Assembly: GCF_031769215.1 (NCBI RefSeq)
Contig: NW_026782182.1
Location: forward strand, 62,001-126,000
Source of the DNA: Ylistrum balloti
Taxonomy: Eukaryota
Length of the DNA: 64,000 nucleotides
Reading direction: 5' to 3'
Shown here: positions 52,671 through 64,000 of the stretch, piece after piece
How positions within the stretch are numbered: the first letter of the stretch is position 1
Layout of the letters: each line of letters starts with the position of its first letter
Made by a program: the position numbers and the translations under genes
The notes under the pieces: generated by a model
What the model was told of the DNA's origin: nothing
The model's input: the letters and a program-made list of their open reading frames with translations, nothing else
Database searches by the model: none

Positions 52671-53205
52671 AAGATGCTTCTCTCTCGTGTTTCTTTTGTA
52701 CTCGAAGACAAAATATCGTGTAATTTACTTGATTTATGTGAACACATAAGACAGCAATTATATCATGTCTCCTTTGTGTATGTGATATTCACATAATATT
52801 GTTCTTCTGTTTACTATCAATGCAACATAATACTCGGTATCATAGCGCAACACACAGTGATATGAAAAACAACTAACACTTTACATGCACACGTACTGCT
52901 CACAGAATCTTGGTGGGAAACTTCATTTCACGATTCTCGTAAGTCAGTGATGTAACGTCGTTTTTCATTGGTCAACAACAGATTATACCCCGTAGTCAAG
53001 CCTCCCTCTCGTTCATTTGATATTTTGATCACGCATGTTTATTTAGCTAGGCACTATGCGTTTTGTTAAATTAAATATATCAGAATAAATACAATCAACA
53101 TTTTTTATGTATTGTGATAGAAAACATATCGATATGTGGAAGCATTAGACAAGTTTGGCCAGCAGCCTTCGTTACGGTGTTTCTTCGTGATATGTTCCAT
53201 CATTA

Positions 53206-54145
53206 CCCAATGTTCGAGTTAACCCAATGTTCGAGTTTACCCAATGTTCGAGTTTACCAAATGTTCGAGTTTACCCAATGTTCGATTTAACCCAATGTTC
53301 GAATTTACCCAATGTTTGAGTTTACCAAATGTTCGAGTTCACCCAATGTTCGATTTAACCCAATGTTCGAATTTACTCTGTGTTCGAGCTTACCGATTGT
53401 TCGAGTTAACCCAATGTTCGAGTTAACCCAAAGTTCGAGTTTACCCAATGTTCGAGTTAACCCAACGTTCGAGTTTACCGAATGCTCGAGTGTATCCAAT
53501 GTTCGAGTTTACCCAATGTTCGAGTTTACCCAATGTTCGAGTTTACCCAATGTTCGATTTTACCCAATGTTCGAGTTTACCCAATGTTCGAGTTTACCCA
53601 ATGTTCGAGTTTACCAAATGTTCGAGTTTACCCAATGTTCGATTTAACCCAATGTTCGAGTTTACCCAATGTTCGAGTTTACCAAATGTTCGAGTTTACC
53701 CAATGTTCGATTTAACCCAATGTTCGAATTTACTCTGTGTTCGAGCTTACCGATTGTTCGAGTTAACCCAAAGTTCGAGTTTACCCAATGTTCGAGTTAA
53801 CCCAACGTTCGAGTTTACCGAATGCTCGAGTGTATCCAATGTTCGAGTTTACCCAATGTTCGAGTTTACCCAATGTTCGAGTTTACCCAATGTTCGAGTT
53901 TACCCAATGTTCGAGTTTACCCAATGTTCGAGTTTACCAAATGTTCGAGTTTACCCAATGTTCGATTTAACGCAATGTTCGAGTTTACCCTGTGTTCGAG
54001 CTTACCGATTGTTCGAGTTAACCCAATGTTCGAGTTAACCCAATGTTCGAGTTTACCCAATGTTCGAGTTTACCCAATGTTCGAGTTTACCGAATGCTCG
54101 AGTTTATCCAATGTTCGAGTTACCCAATGTTCGAGTTTACCCAAA
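53206..54145. repeat. 17-bp minisatellite (cccaatgttcgagttta), about 55 copies
   Basis: Direct reading; variant blocks recur at ~340-357-bp spacing. Confidence 0.95.
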
Positions 54146-54908
54146 GATTGTTGTATTGGGCTGATGGCATATTCTATACGAAAATATTTACTTACATCGA
54201 CTTTGATTTTCCTATTTTTGTCTCCTAGTATCAAGAAAGGTACAGTGGAGTACACTTCCTATTTCTAACTTTTGAATTATTTAATGCCATTTTTTGTGTT
54301 TTTGTATGTATTTAACTATCACTTGGTAATTATTAAATAAATCACAGACGAATGAACACTAACAGCGCATGCTCGCGGATATTGACAGGACGGATATGAT
54401 AATGTGATTAATATGATGACTAGCAAACATATTTTATATTCTTTAAACACCTATCTGAAACGCTATCTGTCGCCATACATACTGATCTTGTAAAAATCTT
54501 ACCTTTATCGTCAACATATGTCATTCTTACATCACATTTTCTCTCAGTCCACAATCCCAAATGCAAATGCACATATGAAATCACACGCACAGAAATATAC
54601 TGAATAATCAAAAAAACATGATGATCTTCCAACAATACTGATAAGTAATCACCATTGTCTGTGATTTCAATGCTTTTTACCAAACCTGTCATACACCAAA
54701 CACACCAGTCACGTGACAAGTGTTGTTAAAGGTATCCGTTGTTAAAAGGAAGCAAAAAGTCTCCTATTTCGAATATTTGCTTTTGTGCAGTGTCATAAAT
54801 ATCTGTTTAAGTTCTGTAAACCACATCGTAATGTGGTCTTCCATTAAATCCATGTTTGGTTACAGATTTCCCATCACTGTGTCGACACTTGTCCTAAGTA
54901 GACCTTCA

Positions 54909-56483
54909 TTACATGAGGTATCTAAGGACCTTTACCTTGCCATTAGCGAATCCCACCCACAGGTCGCCATTAGGCTGTGTCCCACAGCTCGTCGGCATAT
55001 TACCGTCGCGCCAGATGCTCTTGGTTGCCCGTCCTCGTCTGTCGACCAACATAACAGACTTAGTACCAACGTCACACACTACCACATTGTTGTTTCTGTC
55101 GAAACATACAGCAGTCGGGATAAACCGGCTTCGACCTTGACCTTCTCCATCTTGAACATGATTCTGACGCTCGTCGAGAGTAAGATCGCCATGGAAACGG
55201 AATAGAATATTGCTTCTTTTGTCCATAATGAGGACGTGACGAGGTAGGGAGTCTTCAATGACTGCCATGTCTCCCGTGCGTCTGTTTACACGAACCCGGA
55301 TTGGCATGGAGAAGAGTTTTCGACCAGAAGGATCCGTATGTATCGTCTGCGAGATTTCGCCATCTTTTGAATATTTCACAACCTTGCCGTCTTCCTGCGT
55401 GGCCCAAATACTACCACCCTCTGCCGACTCACACAAGCTCGTGACTGGGAATCGAGTACGGTACATCAGGTTGGTTTTGCCTGTCTGAAGGATGTTCCGA
55501 ATAGTTCCATCGGAACACAAAATCACTGTCTTCGTTGAATCGGCTTTTACCATCAAGTCGAAGATATTGAGGTAGGTCTCCACTACTACTGTCTGTTTCG
55601 TATCCCCAGACTGCAACATGAGGTCAGCCTCACAACCGCCACCTTTCACCACCCATGCTTTTCCGTCCAGGGTAGGGGCAACAGTTGAGATCCGTCCTTG
55701 AGTCACATGACGAAAGGACGCGATGGCCTTCACGGCGGCTGTCTTCAATTTGCTTTTTCCAGTTACACTGCTTGAGACATCAGAAATAAGGTCATCGTCA
55801 TTGGGGTCGAGAATTTCGAGGCGCCAATCCTTCACGTTCATTGAGCCAAACAAAATAAGTTGTTGGGCTGCCGGGTCCTCGTCTGCTATAAGACTTGGCG
55901 TCTGTAACACGGGGAAGGGTTTGAAGGGCCGAGCATTCTCAACACGAAGACTTCTCTCCAACAAACCCATATCTGCATTCTTATCGTTGGCTAACGCACC
56001 TTTACATTTGCTCACTATTGAGGTCATGTCAGTTAGCTGTGAAAGCAACTTCTTCTCAATAGTTTCAATTATCTCTGTATTCTTCTCACAGACGTCTCTG
56101 GACCGTTGAGTGAAATCTTTAACGATTTTGTCAATTTCAGCTTTCAACTCCGCCCCCCTGTTCTCAACAGCATGAATGTTATGCTCTAGTATTTTCTTAT
56201 TGTCTTGTCTAAATTGCTGAATCTTTTCCATTCTTTCATCTATAGTTTTGATCTTCGTTTCGGAGTCTGTCAAGAGACCAGAGAGTGACACCTTTTTAAC
56301 GTTCATATAATCATCTGTCTCCACGAGGCGATGACCAGTGTGGGCCGCGGCGATGCACAATAGACATACGAACTGCTCGCCGCACGTGTTGCACACGCTG
56401 ACAATCTTCTTTCTCGGGTGTTGAGGACAAATTCGGATGGGATTTCCGAACGCCTTGTTCTTCTTCACCACAGATGACGCCAT
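54909..56483 (-). CDS. TRIM-like protein without a RING in this exon: B-box, coiled coil, NHL-like beta-propeller (524 aa from ATG 56483)
   Basis: B-box CPQH...CNTC...CLLC...HTGH, heptad region, and propeller motifs such as PIRVRVN and PTAVCFD. Acceptor ctttacag at 56522-56524 shows the track's TTG start is intronic. Confidence 0.9.
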   Translation of the reverse strand: MASSVVKKNKAFGNPIRICPQHPRKKIVSVCNTCGEQFVCLLCIAAAHTGHRLVETDDYMNVKKVSLSGLLTDSETKIKTIDERMEKIQQFRQDNKKILEHNIHAVENRGAELKAEIDKIVKDFTQRSRDVCEKNTEIIETIEKKLLSQLTDMTSIVSKCKGALANDKNADMGLLERSLRVENARPFKPFPVLQTPSLIADEDPAAQQLILFGSMNVKDWRLEILDPNDDDLISDVSSSVTGKSKLKTAAVKAIASFRHVTQGRISTVAPTLDGKAWVVKGGGCEADLMLQSGDTKQTVVVETYLNIFDLMVKADSTKTVILCSDGTIRNILQTGKTNLMYRTRFPVTSLCESAEGGSIWATQEDGKVVKYSKDGEISQTIHTDPSGRKLFSMPIRVRVNRRTGDMAVIEDSLPRHVLIMDKRSNILFRFHGDLTLDERQNHVQDGEGQGRSRFIPTAVCFDRNNNVVVCDVGTKSVMLVDRRGRATKSIWRDGNMPTSCGTQPNGDLWVGFANGKVKVLRYLM

Positions 56484-57706
56484 CCTTTCTCCTAACGGTT
56501 TTGTTCGGGACAAAGTCTCATCTGTAAAGCAAGCAATTAACATAAAGTAAATCCGGAAGAAATATAAAATGCTGTAAACGAATTTACTTAGTTTTCAAAA
56601 TGAAGTAGAATTAACCTTGTCATGGGGTTGTAAACCAGTTGAAATGAGTAAAAACGAAAAAATAATTCTTGTTTTGAAATGAATCCATATATCAGTTTTT
56701 TTTCTAGAAACTGGCGTCAATTCTCCATAACTGCTAAGCATGGTATAGCAAAAGTGATTTAAGTTTCTTTAAACTGCTTAAAATACCAAGACCTTCATAT
56801 CTTCGACGATAAATGAGATATTCAATGATATAGAATTATATTTGTATTATACCCACATGATGAGTATCAGGGAAAAAAGAAGGATATCACCAGTAAGACA
56901 ATCTATCAGGTACATTGCTAATGACTATAGGAAATTGTTTGATCTATATCATGGGAGTATCAACAAGGGAACATTTTGTAACAGCAATGTTTGATTAGCT
57001 TGTTTACTGGAATATCAGAACTGTATCTAAACATCCAATGTTCTCGGCAGTCTTCTAGAGGTTCTTTTCTGAGATATCGACAGTGCTTGTGTTTATTTAT
57101 AAAAACTGTCAGATTCTTTTCCTTGTTTAACAAGCATTTGTGTTTTATATCTGTCCAGATATATTCTCGAAATGAAAACATCAAAAATATCATCCTTCCT
57201 TTTCCTGTTAGTTATAACCCTTTTGACTCTATCTTTTAATCAGATATCGTATTATTGTGTCGGCACGATGAACCATATTGAGTAATACACTAACGAGTGA
57301 GCATAACTTAATTTACTCTTTCATCTGACTCAGTGAGATTTGTGAGCAACAACGAAAATATTGATGAATAGAAAATGTTTCAAAACAGGAATGCATTACA
57401 TATATCGAAAGTGTTCCTGTTAATTTGTGAATACCTTTCTCTAGGGGGTTGTAGTTACTGATATAGGAATACAACCTTTCTCTGGGGGTTTAGTTACTGA
57501 TATAGGAATACGACCCAAGAACAACAGTGTGAGGAGTTGATAGTTGGGTAATAGTGTCTATTTAAACACATAAATCACTGGAATTTGGATGTCCGACATT
57601 TAAATCAAGAGATTGTAATTAACGATTAAAGAGAATCTTCATAATCAAATTATTAATCAGACACAAGCGGCTATTTATATACCATTCGTTGTATGTAATT
57701 ATTTAC

Positions 57707-57815
57707 CTTTTTGTTGGTGTTCCCTCGTGATCTTCAAAATGAAAATATCGGAAATTTGTCGTCATTTTGTTGTTGTTCTTATGAAAATATCAAAGCGATG
57801 AAGATCCGCCATTTT
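57707..57815 (-). promoter_or_regulatory. Candidate first (UTR) exon/core promoter of the 54909-56483 gene
   Basis: YY1-like CCGCCATTTT at 57806-57815 and minus-strand donor AAG|GTAAAT at 57707. Confidence 0.3.
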
Positions 57816-59004
57816 TGTTCCAACGGTAGCCATTAGCCTCGTTATAGAAATTGTAGGACAATGCATACCCAACAACGACGAGACAAATAACATTTTTTCT
57901 AGAGCGGTAAATGTTATATAATTTGTTGTTTTACCTTGGTCAATAACTTAGGAAATAATGCCCGGAGTAACGGACTGTGGCGTCGTCAATTCAAGTTGAT
58001 GTTAGCCGTCTGTTGGAAAGTAAAACCACACAGGAAAAAAATACTTTCCGAATTAGAACAGTAAAACAACGATAAACACCTGAAACATTCAATACGACAT
58101 GACCACAGTCATTCGGAACTCACCGCGGGAGACTTTTACTTGTTTTCCTGGCAGATGAACCAAACGGAAAATTTTAAATACGACAAAACACTCAACATTT
58201 TATTTTAGAGTCGTTTCTGAATTTCTTCTCTCTGAAATGGACTAGGTTAATCGATTTTAGTCAGAACTAAAGGCACAATTTGGTATCATAATTTAAAAAC
58301 TCTACCGTAATCACAAATCTGTGACGTGTTATCACTCCAGGATACTCCGAGGGTTAATTATAATTAACTGATTACTGAATACTTGACATGTAGGCTGCAT
58401 TGACTAGAAGTGCGACGTGGGGACAATGTGTTTCGTCATGTGTACCCACAGGTGTCGGGTGGGTCCAACAGGACGGAAAACTGTTAAATACACAGTAGAC
58501 AATCGGTATAGAGTTCCCGAGTCTACACGTGATATTCAGCAGAAGTGACAATCACTAATGGTGTAACTTAATCAGGATTAAAATACCTCCTCCCCTCCTT
58601 ATCGCGAAAACATCATCCCTTCCTCGTCTACTTACATTTTGATAGGGCGTTCTAATTAAAAAATCTTTATTTGTAACTTCTATATAAAATATTTTTAATT
58701 ACCTCTGGAGGAGATATGGGCTTCTTAGGGAGATAAGAGACGTCCGTGGGAAAGGGATTTTACCCCACTTGCTCTTGATGACATGCGAGAGGCCCCTCGT
58801 GTGTCGTTCAGCGACCATCAGTTACCACGTGTGGAGACCCAACCTCAAAATTACCCAGGCTATTGACAGGGCGATAGGAAGTCGACATTAAGTCATAGAT
58901 ATATAAGTAATAAATCTTCAGCAAAAAGTAGTTAGTGGCCTGATTTACATAGGTAACCGGTACCTGAGGATATCTTGATTACTTGGATATTGATGTGCCC
59001 TCTC

Positions 59005-60096
59005 TCGTTCTATTTGTTAGCATAGAATCCATATCTGTAATCTCTGACAGACTGGATTACTCTGATCTAGTATAAGACTATACGGGCTTACATACTTATT
59101 ACAACAAGTCCGAATTATTCTTACGTTCTATTTGTTAGCATAGAATCCATATATAAATATATATATACAACCTCTGTCGGAGTGGATTACATTGGTCTAG
59201 TGTAAGACTATTTGGGCTAATATATTTATCATAACGACTTGTCTGAATTATTCTGACGTTCTGTTTGTTAGTGTAGAATCCATATATATATATATATATA
59301 TTACATTGGTGTAGTGTAAGACTATTTGGGCTAATATATTTATCATAACGACTTGTCTGAATTATTCTGACGTTCTGTTATACAGCCTCTGTCGGAGTGG
59401 ATTACATTGGTGTAGTGTAAGACTATTTGGGCTAATATATTTATCAATAACGACTTGTCTGAATTATTCTGACGTTCTGTTTGTTAGTGTAGAATCCATA
59501 TATATATATATATATATATATATAGCTTCTGACAGAGTGGATTACATTGGTGTAGTGTAAGACTATTTGGGCTAATATATTTATCAATACGACTTGTCTG
59601 AATTATTCTGACGTTCTGTTTGTTAGTGTAGAATCCATATATATATATATAGCTTCTGACAGAGTGGATTACATTGGTGTAGTGTAAGACTATTTGGGCT
59701 AATATATTTATCATAACGACTTGTCTGAATTATTCTGACGTTCTGTTATACAGCCTCTGTCGGAGTGGATTACATTGGTCTAGTGTAAGACTATTTGGGC
59801 TAATATATTTATCATAACGACTTGTCTGAATTATTCTGACGTTCTGTTATACAGCCTCTGTCGGAGTGGATTACATTGGTGTAGTGTAAGACTATTTGGG
59901 CTAATATATTTATCATAACGACTTGTCTGAATTATTCTGACGTTCTGTTTGTTAGTGTAGAATCCATATATATATATATATATATAGCTTCTGACAGAGT
60001 GGATTACATTGGTGTAGTGTAAGACTATTTGGGCTAATATATTTATCATAACGACTTGTCTGAATTATTCTGACGTTCTGTTTGTTAGTGTAGAAT

Positions 60097-60127
<31 letters not shown>

Positions 60128-60322
60128 GCTTCTGACAGAGTGGATTACATTGGTGTAGTGTAAGACTATTTGGGCTAATATATTTATCATAACGACTTGT
60201 CTGAATTATTCTGACGTTCTGTTATACAGCCTCTGTCGGAGTGGATTACATTGGTCTAGTGTAAGACTATTTGGGCTAATATATTTATCATAACGACTTG
60301 TCTGAATTATTCTGACGTTCTA
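59005..60322. repeat. Composite tandem repeat (~90-135-bp units, about 11 copies) with embedded (TA)n tracts, between the TRIM-like genes
   Basis: Core gtaagactatttgggctaatatatttatcataacgacttgtctgaattattctgacgttctg recurs, in long and short unit types. Confidence 0.9.
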
Positions 60323-61752
60323 TTACATGTTATCATTGCCTACAATGCTTTAAGATTATGTCTTTTTAATTTGCTGAGTTAAGTAGTATTGTATTTCAGC
60401 TGTACCGACGGACACGAATATTATCTATACAGATACACGTGATAAAGTGGCCGTATTATCTATAATTCTGTATCTATTACAGTGTACATAAAATACGAAA
60501 AAAGAACAAGATTGAGGGTGAACGTCTCTAGAAAAATATGGAAAAGCAAATAATTTTCATTAATTTAATTGGAACTAAATGTACTCCGAGAATCTATGAA
60601 TGTTTTAATGTTGCTCTACTCCTCCCATCTGGGGCGGTTTTTTTATCATCGATGTATGCACCTCTGTAAAATCAAATGAAATTGAAGTGAGTTATCATTT
60701 TCATATCTGTGATGTTCTCTTCCGTTCATTTGTGTGACTTTTGGTGTGGTCAATAGTACCTCTGATTGTTGTAGACAACATAGTGTACATCTACACAGCA
60801 ACAACGGTGTATCTCATCCTTGTAACGTTGTCAGTGATTGGTTGAAGTGTATCACATGATAGAACAATGTAACTGAATGGACAAGTAACCAGACACATCC
60901 CCCTTCAAAATCAATGTTTATTTTTCTTTTTCGATATAAGAAAATATGAATATCTATTAACCCTGTGGAGTTTTTCTGTGTCCTATTACTGTACCCTGTA
61001 ATTAGGAACTACACATGCACATGAAATCTTGTCACCAATAACTAACTATCAGTATAGGTAAATGAATACACAAATTAATTACAAAGTGATTTTTGTAATT
61101 TTAATTAAAAGTATATTATCAACAAAACCAAATACGCCGGATGCATATATCGTATTTACATGAATATAATATTCTTTCAATAAACTGCGGCATCGATATT
61201 TCGAATTTATCCGCAAGAAATAAGTTATCAGTTATCATTCTCTTGCACACAAAGACCACAAGGCTTCGATTTTACTTGACTGATCTGAGATTAGCTGCAA
61301 TAATTTTAGAACAGAATTTCCTCATTCTTACTCTTGAAGAATCTAAAACTTACTAATATAGCTAGGATTTCTAAGGTAAATGTACCGATTAAGTTATAAT
61401 AAATAAACATTGGAATTTTACTTCTGACGGCATTGATTTTTAACACGAATTGCAGCATATAGCAAAAGCAAGCGGGCTTTAAACCAATTCGAGTTATCTT
61501 TCTTGGATTAGACCATCATATCCTTCACTAAAGACGATCAAAAATATGACGTTCTCTAAAAACTGGAAAAGAGGCCGGCCTCAAACATAAGCCTACCCCG
61601 AAAATAAGCATGTAGTTTCTTACATAGATAATCCTGAATTTGCTTAACATTCAAGGAAATATGGCGCGTCTTATTTTCGACTTATTAGAGTATTTGAGAT
61701 GTTATCATTATCACGAGATCGTAACGTGCAGCCTTGACACTGAGAATGAATG

Positions 61753-63327
61753 TCAATGTTCAATGTATCTGAAGACCTTGACTTGCCCATCCAAGAAGCC
61801 TACCCACAGGTCTCCGTTTGGTTGAAGTCCCAGACTCGTGGGTGGCATCTCATCCCTCCATATGGTCCGTACAAGTCGTCCATCCCTGTCTATTACGATC
61901 ACTGAACCATGACCATAATCCGCGATAAGGATGTCATTGTTCCGGTCAAAACAGATATCACGTGGTAGAAAATCTTGCTGGTCGCCATTTTTAGAATCCT
62001 GAATTCCCTGAAATCTGCACAGTTCGTCCATGTTGCTGTCCATCACAGCAACATGTCTTGGTGTGGTTTCCTCAATGACAGCCATGTCTCCGTTTTTCCG
62101 GTTCACACGTACTCTTCTTGGCCAGGAAAATAGTTTCCAGCCATCCAGATCCTCTGTAATGACCTTGATGACATCACCGTGTCCGTTATACTCCACCATT
62201 TTGCCTTTATCGTCATGACAGACAATGATGCCGCCATTTTTCCCCTCACAAAGACTGCTGGCGTAATCGTCGGTTCGAAACAGAACTTTATACTTCCCGT
62301 CTGGAAGAATGCATCTGACTGATGACTGGGCACAGCAATAAACGTTGCTTCGATCTGCTGAGCAGACGACATCGTTTAGCTTCACGCCTGGCTTGACACG
62401 CATGTGTACAGTGATGTCACCTTTTTTTGTAGTGAGTGAAGCTTCGCTGCTTCCCGTACAAATTAACCAAGCGGACGTATTATCGATAGGACAGACCGAG
62501 AGCACCTGTCTTTCGGATCGCATCTTAAAGCTGCTGAGTACCTGAACTTGGTACGCCTCGGGATCTTTTACCGCATCTGGTCCCCATTCGTCCTTTCCTG
62601 GTCCCTCCTCGTCTGGTTTCCAGATAGGAGTGTCCATATAGCCAAACTGTGTCATCATCCTTGTCATTTTGTCAGACATTACTATTCCCACTTTTTGCAA
62701 GTTTGGGAAAAGGTCATATGGTCGACTATTTTGCTGCTTCAGATTTTTCTCTGTGTGCAAAAGATTTTGATATTTTTCTTTCTCTAGCACCTCTTTACAT
62801 CGGTCTGCTGCTTCGGACAAATCATCGAAATGTCGTTGCATCCGGTCTTCGACATGTCCGAGCAAATCGTCGTTTTTCTGACCGATATTACGACACTGCG
62901 TCGTGTAATCATTACAGATTTCATCAATTTTCTGTTTCATCTCTTCTGTCCTACTCTTTATATAATCTGTCAATTCGGTAACGTTTTGTTTACTTTCCTT
63001 CTTAGTGTCTCTCACTTTTTGTAGTCGCTGTTTCAGTGTTGTGAGTTTAGTGTCCGAAACTTGTTTTAATCTTGAAAAAAGATGTCGCTTGAGAACAAGG
63101 TATTCTTCTACTTCCACGAACATGTGTCCAACGTGGGACGAATGGATACACGCGAGACAGACGAAACTGTCCCGACAGGTGGTGCACACCATCACAAGCC
63201 ATTTCTCCGGGTGGTTTGGACAGGGTCGTTCTTGGAACACTCCATGAGAGGGGATTGGTGCGGCAATTTGACGGAATTGTATTCCCTCCGAGGTTGGACG
63301 TCCAGCAGAGCTAGGAACTTGAGACAT
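61753..63327 (-). CDS. Tandem paralog TRIM-like protein: B-box, coiled coil, NHL-like beta-propeller (524 aa from ATG 63327)
   Basis: B-box CPNH...CTTC...CLAC...HVGH. C-terminal blocks align with the neighbour (RVRVNR..GDMAVIE, CFDRNN, QPNGDLWVGF). Acceptor ttttatgcag at 63362-63364. Confidence 0.9.
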   Translation of the reverse strand: MSQVPSSAGRPTSEGIQFRQIAAPIPSHGVFQERPCPNHPEKWLVMVCTTCRDSFVCLACIHSSHVGHMFVEVEEYLVLKRHLFSRLKQVSDTKLTTLKQRLQKVRDTKKESKQNVTELTDYIKSRTEEMKQKIDEICNDYTTQCRNIGQKNDDLLGHVEDRMQRHFDDLSEAADRCKEVLEKEKYQNLLHTEKNLKQQNSRPYDLFPNLQKVGIVMSDKMTRMMTQFGYMDTPIWKPDEEGPGKDEWGPDAVKDPEAYQVQVLSSFKMRSERQVLSVCPIDNTSAWLICTGSSEASLTTKKGDITVHMRVKPGVKLNDVVCSADRSNVYCCAQSSVRCILPDGKYKVLFRTDDYASSLCEGKNGGIIVCHDDKGKMVEYNGHGDVIKVITEDLDGWKLFSWPRRVRVNRKNGDMAVIEETTPRHVAVMDSNMDELCRFQGIQDSKNGDQQDFLPRDICFDRNNDILIADYGHGSVIVIDRDGRLVRTIWRDEMPPTSLGLQPNGDLWVGFLDGQVKVFRYIEH

Positions 63328-64000
63328 TCTTGTCGATCGGCACAGAATAGATGAGTCAAAACTGCATAAAAACAATATTGGAAATAAGTTTTGACAACCG
63401 TGCCTTTAATAAAAATGAAAAATCGGAATATATCCTGCAAATGATTTTATTGTTGTCTGTTGAAATAATATATACATATACATACACATACAGAAGACTG
63501 ACTCAGATGTCTTGTGAAAGTAGTCGGTAAGCGTTTACAGACACGAATATCGAAAAAAAATCCGTCGTTATTTTAGAGTTATATTTCCTTGCATAAAGAG
63601 TTCTTTCCATGCATGTAATTAAATATGTTAACTGTATTTATTCGTTTCAAACCAATTCTGAAACGGCTAATTTGATTTGAAATACAAATTTTGTCGTTAC
63701 AAATGAAAACTTGTTCGACCCTTTCCCATTTTCTGTCGTTGGTCCTCTAAATCCACCCTTCCCCTTTCTAACTCACACTCTATCTTAATTTAATTTCACC
63801 ATTACACTGCATCACCACCTAAACTAAACTCTCAAAACCCAACCTGAAAAAACCCAACTCGAATCCTACCTAAGCCCTCATCCAAACTCTACTATAATCG
63901 AATCTCCACCGTCACAAGAAGTCAAACCTCGCCCAAAGTTCGCGCTCCTCTAAACCGAACCGTCACAATGACTCACCTCCATACCCATCCAGCGTCATAA

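Noticed and set aside
49690-54268. Clusters of short ORFs in the 49.7-50.6 kb and 53.2-54.2 kb repeats
   Set aside because: Translations of degenerate tandem repeats with no recognisable domain.
54420-54719. 99-aa minus ORF just downstream of the first TRIM-like gene, faintly propeller-like (SIEITDNGDYLSV)
   Set aside because: No alignable NHL or B-box motif against the two neighbours, and AT-rich UTR-like composition. HHpred would be needed to revive it.
56484-56543. Track starts at 56543 (and at 63375) for the TRIM-like ORFs, and at 11672 and 6024 for gene A exons
   Set aside because: These are TTG/GTG codons in intron sequence or at exon starts next to clear acceptors, not eukaryotic initiation codons.
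21337-60322. CRISPR-like appearance of the regular repeats
   Set aside because: Units are head-to-tail without unique spacers, there are no cas genes, and the DNA is eukaryotic.
63750-64000. Strongly C/A-skewed segment at the window end
   Set aside because: No open frame or clear periodicity, and it is truncated by the window, so it cannot be classified.

Overview
Eukaryotic genomic DNA (spliceosomal GT-AG introns, AT-rich). It is probably a bivalve mollusc; this is inferred from the RING-less B-box/coiled-coil/NHL-like gene pair and the repeat landscape. Four protein-coding genes can be built, all on the minus strand. (A) A giant, mostly low-complexity protein of at least 2,949 aa in six phase-consistent exons (14867 to beyond position 1). 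It carries PLDLS/PLDLT CtBP-type motifs, NLS- and SUMO-like motifs, and a 34-codon Cys-rich exon (1103-1204) that the ORF track misses. (B) A complete 6-exon, 308-aa CIMIP2/FAM166-family ciliary microtubule inner protein gene (41791 to 20890) with a 15.8-kb first intron. (C, D) Two tandem, divergent TRIM-like B-box/coiled-coil/beta-propeller genes with uninterrupted CDSs. Roughly a quarter or more of the window consists of over a dozen unrelated tandem arrays (units 12 to about 120 bp), and these generate nearly all the other long ORFs as artefacts. The most striking observation: two FAM166 introns begin with tandem arrays that are copies of the preceding exon end plus its 5' splice site (47 bp x5; 34 bp x about 50), each with microhomology at the duplication ends. 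A donor in gene A is also duplicated. One 47-bp copy offers an in-frame alternative donor that would add another FAM166 repeat motif. No CRISPR array, rRNA or tRNA was recognised.
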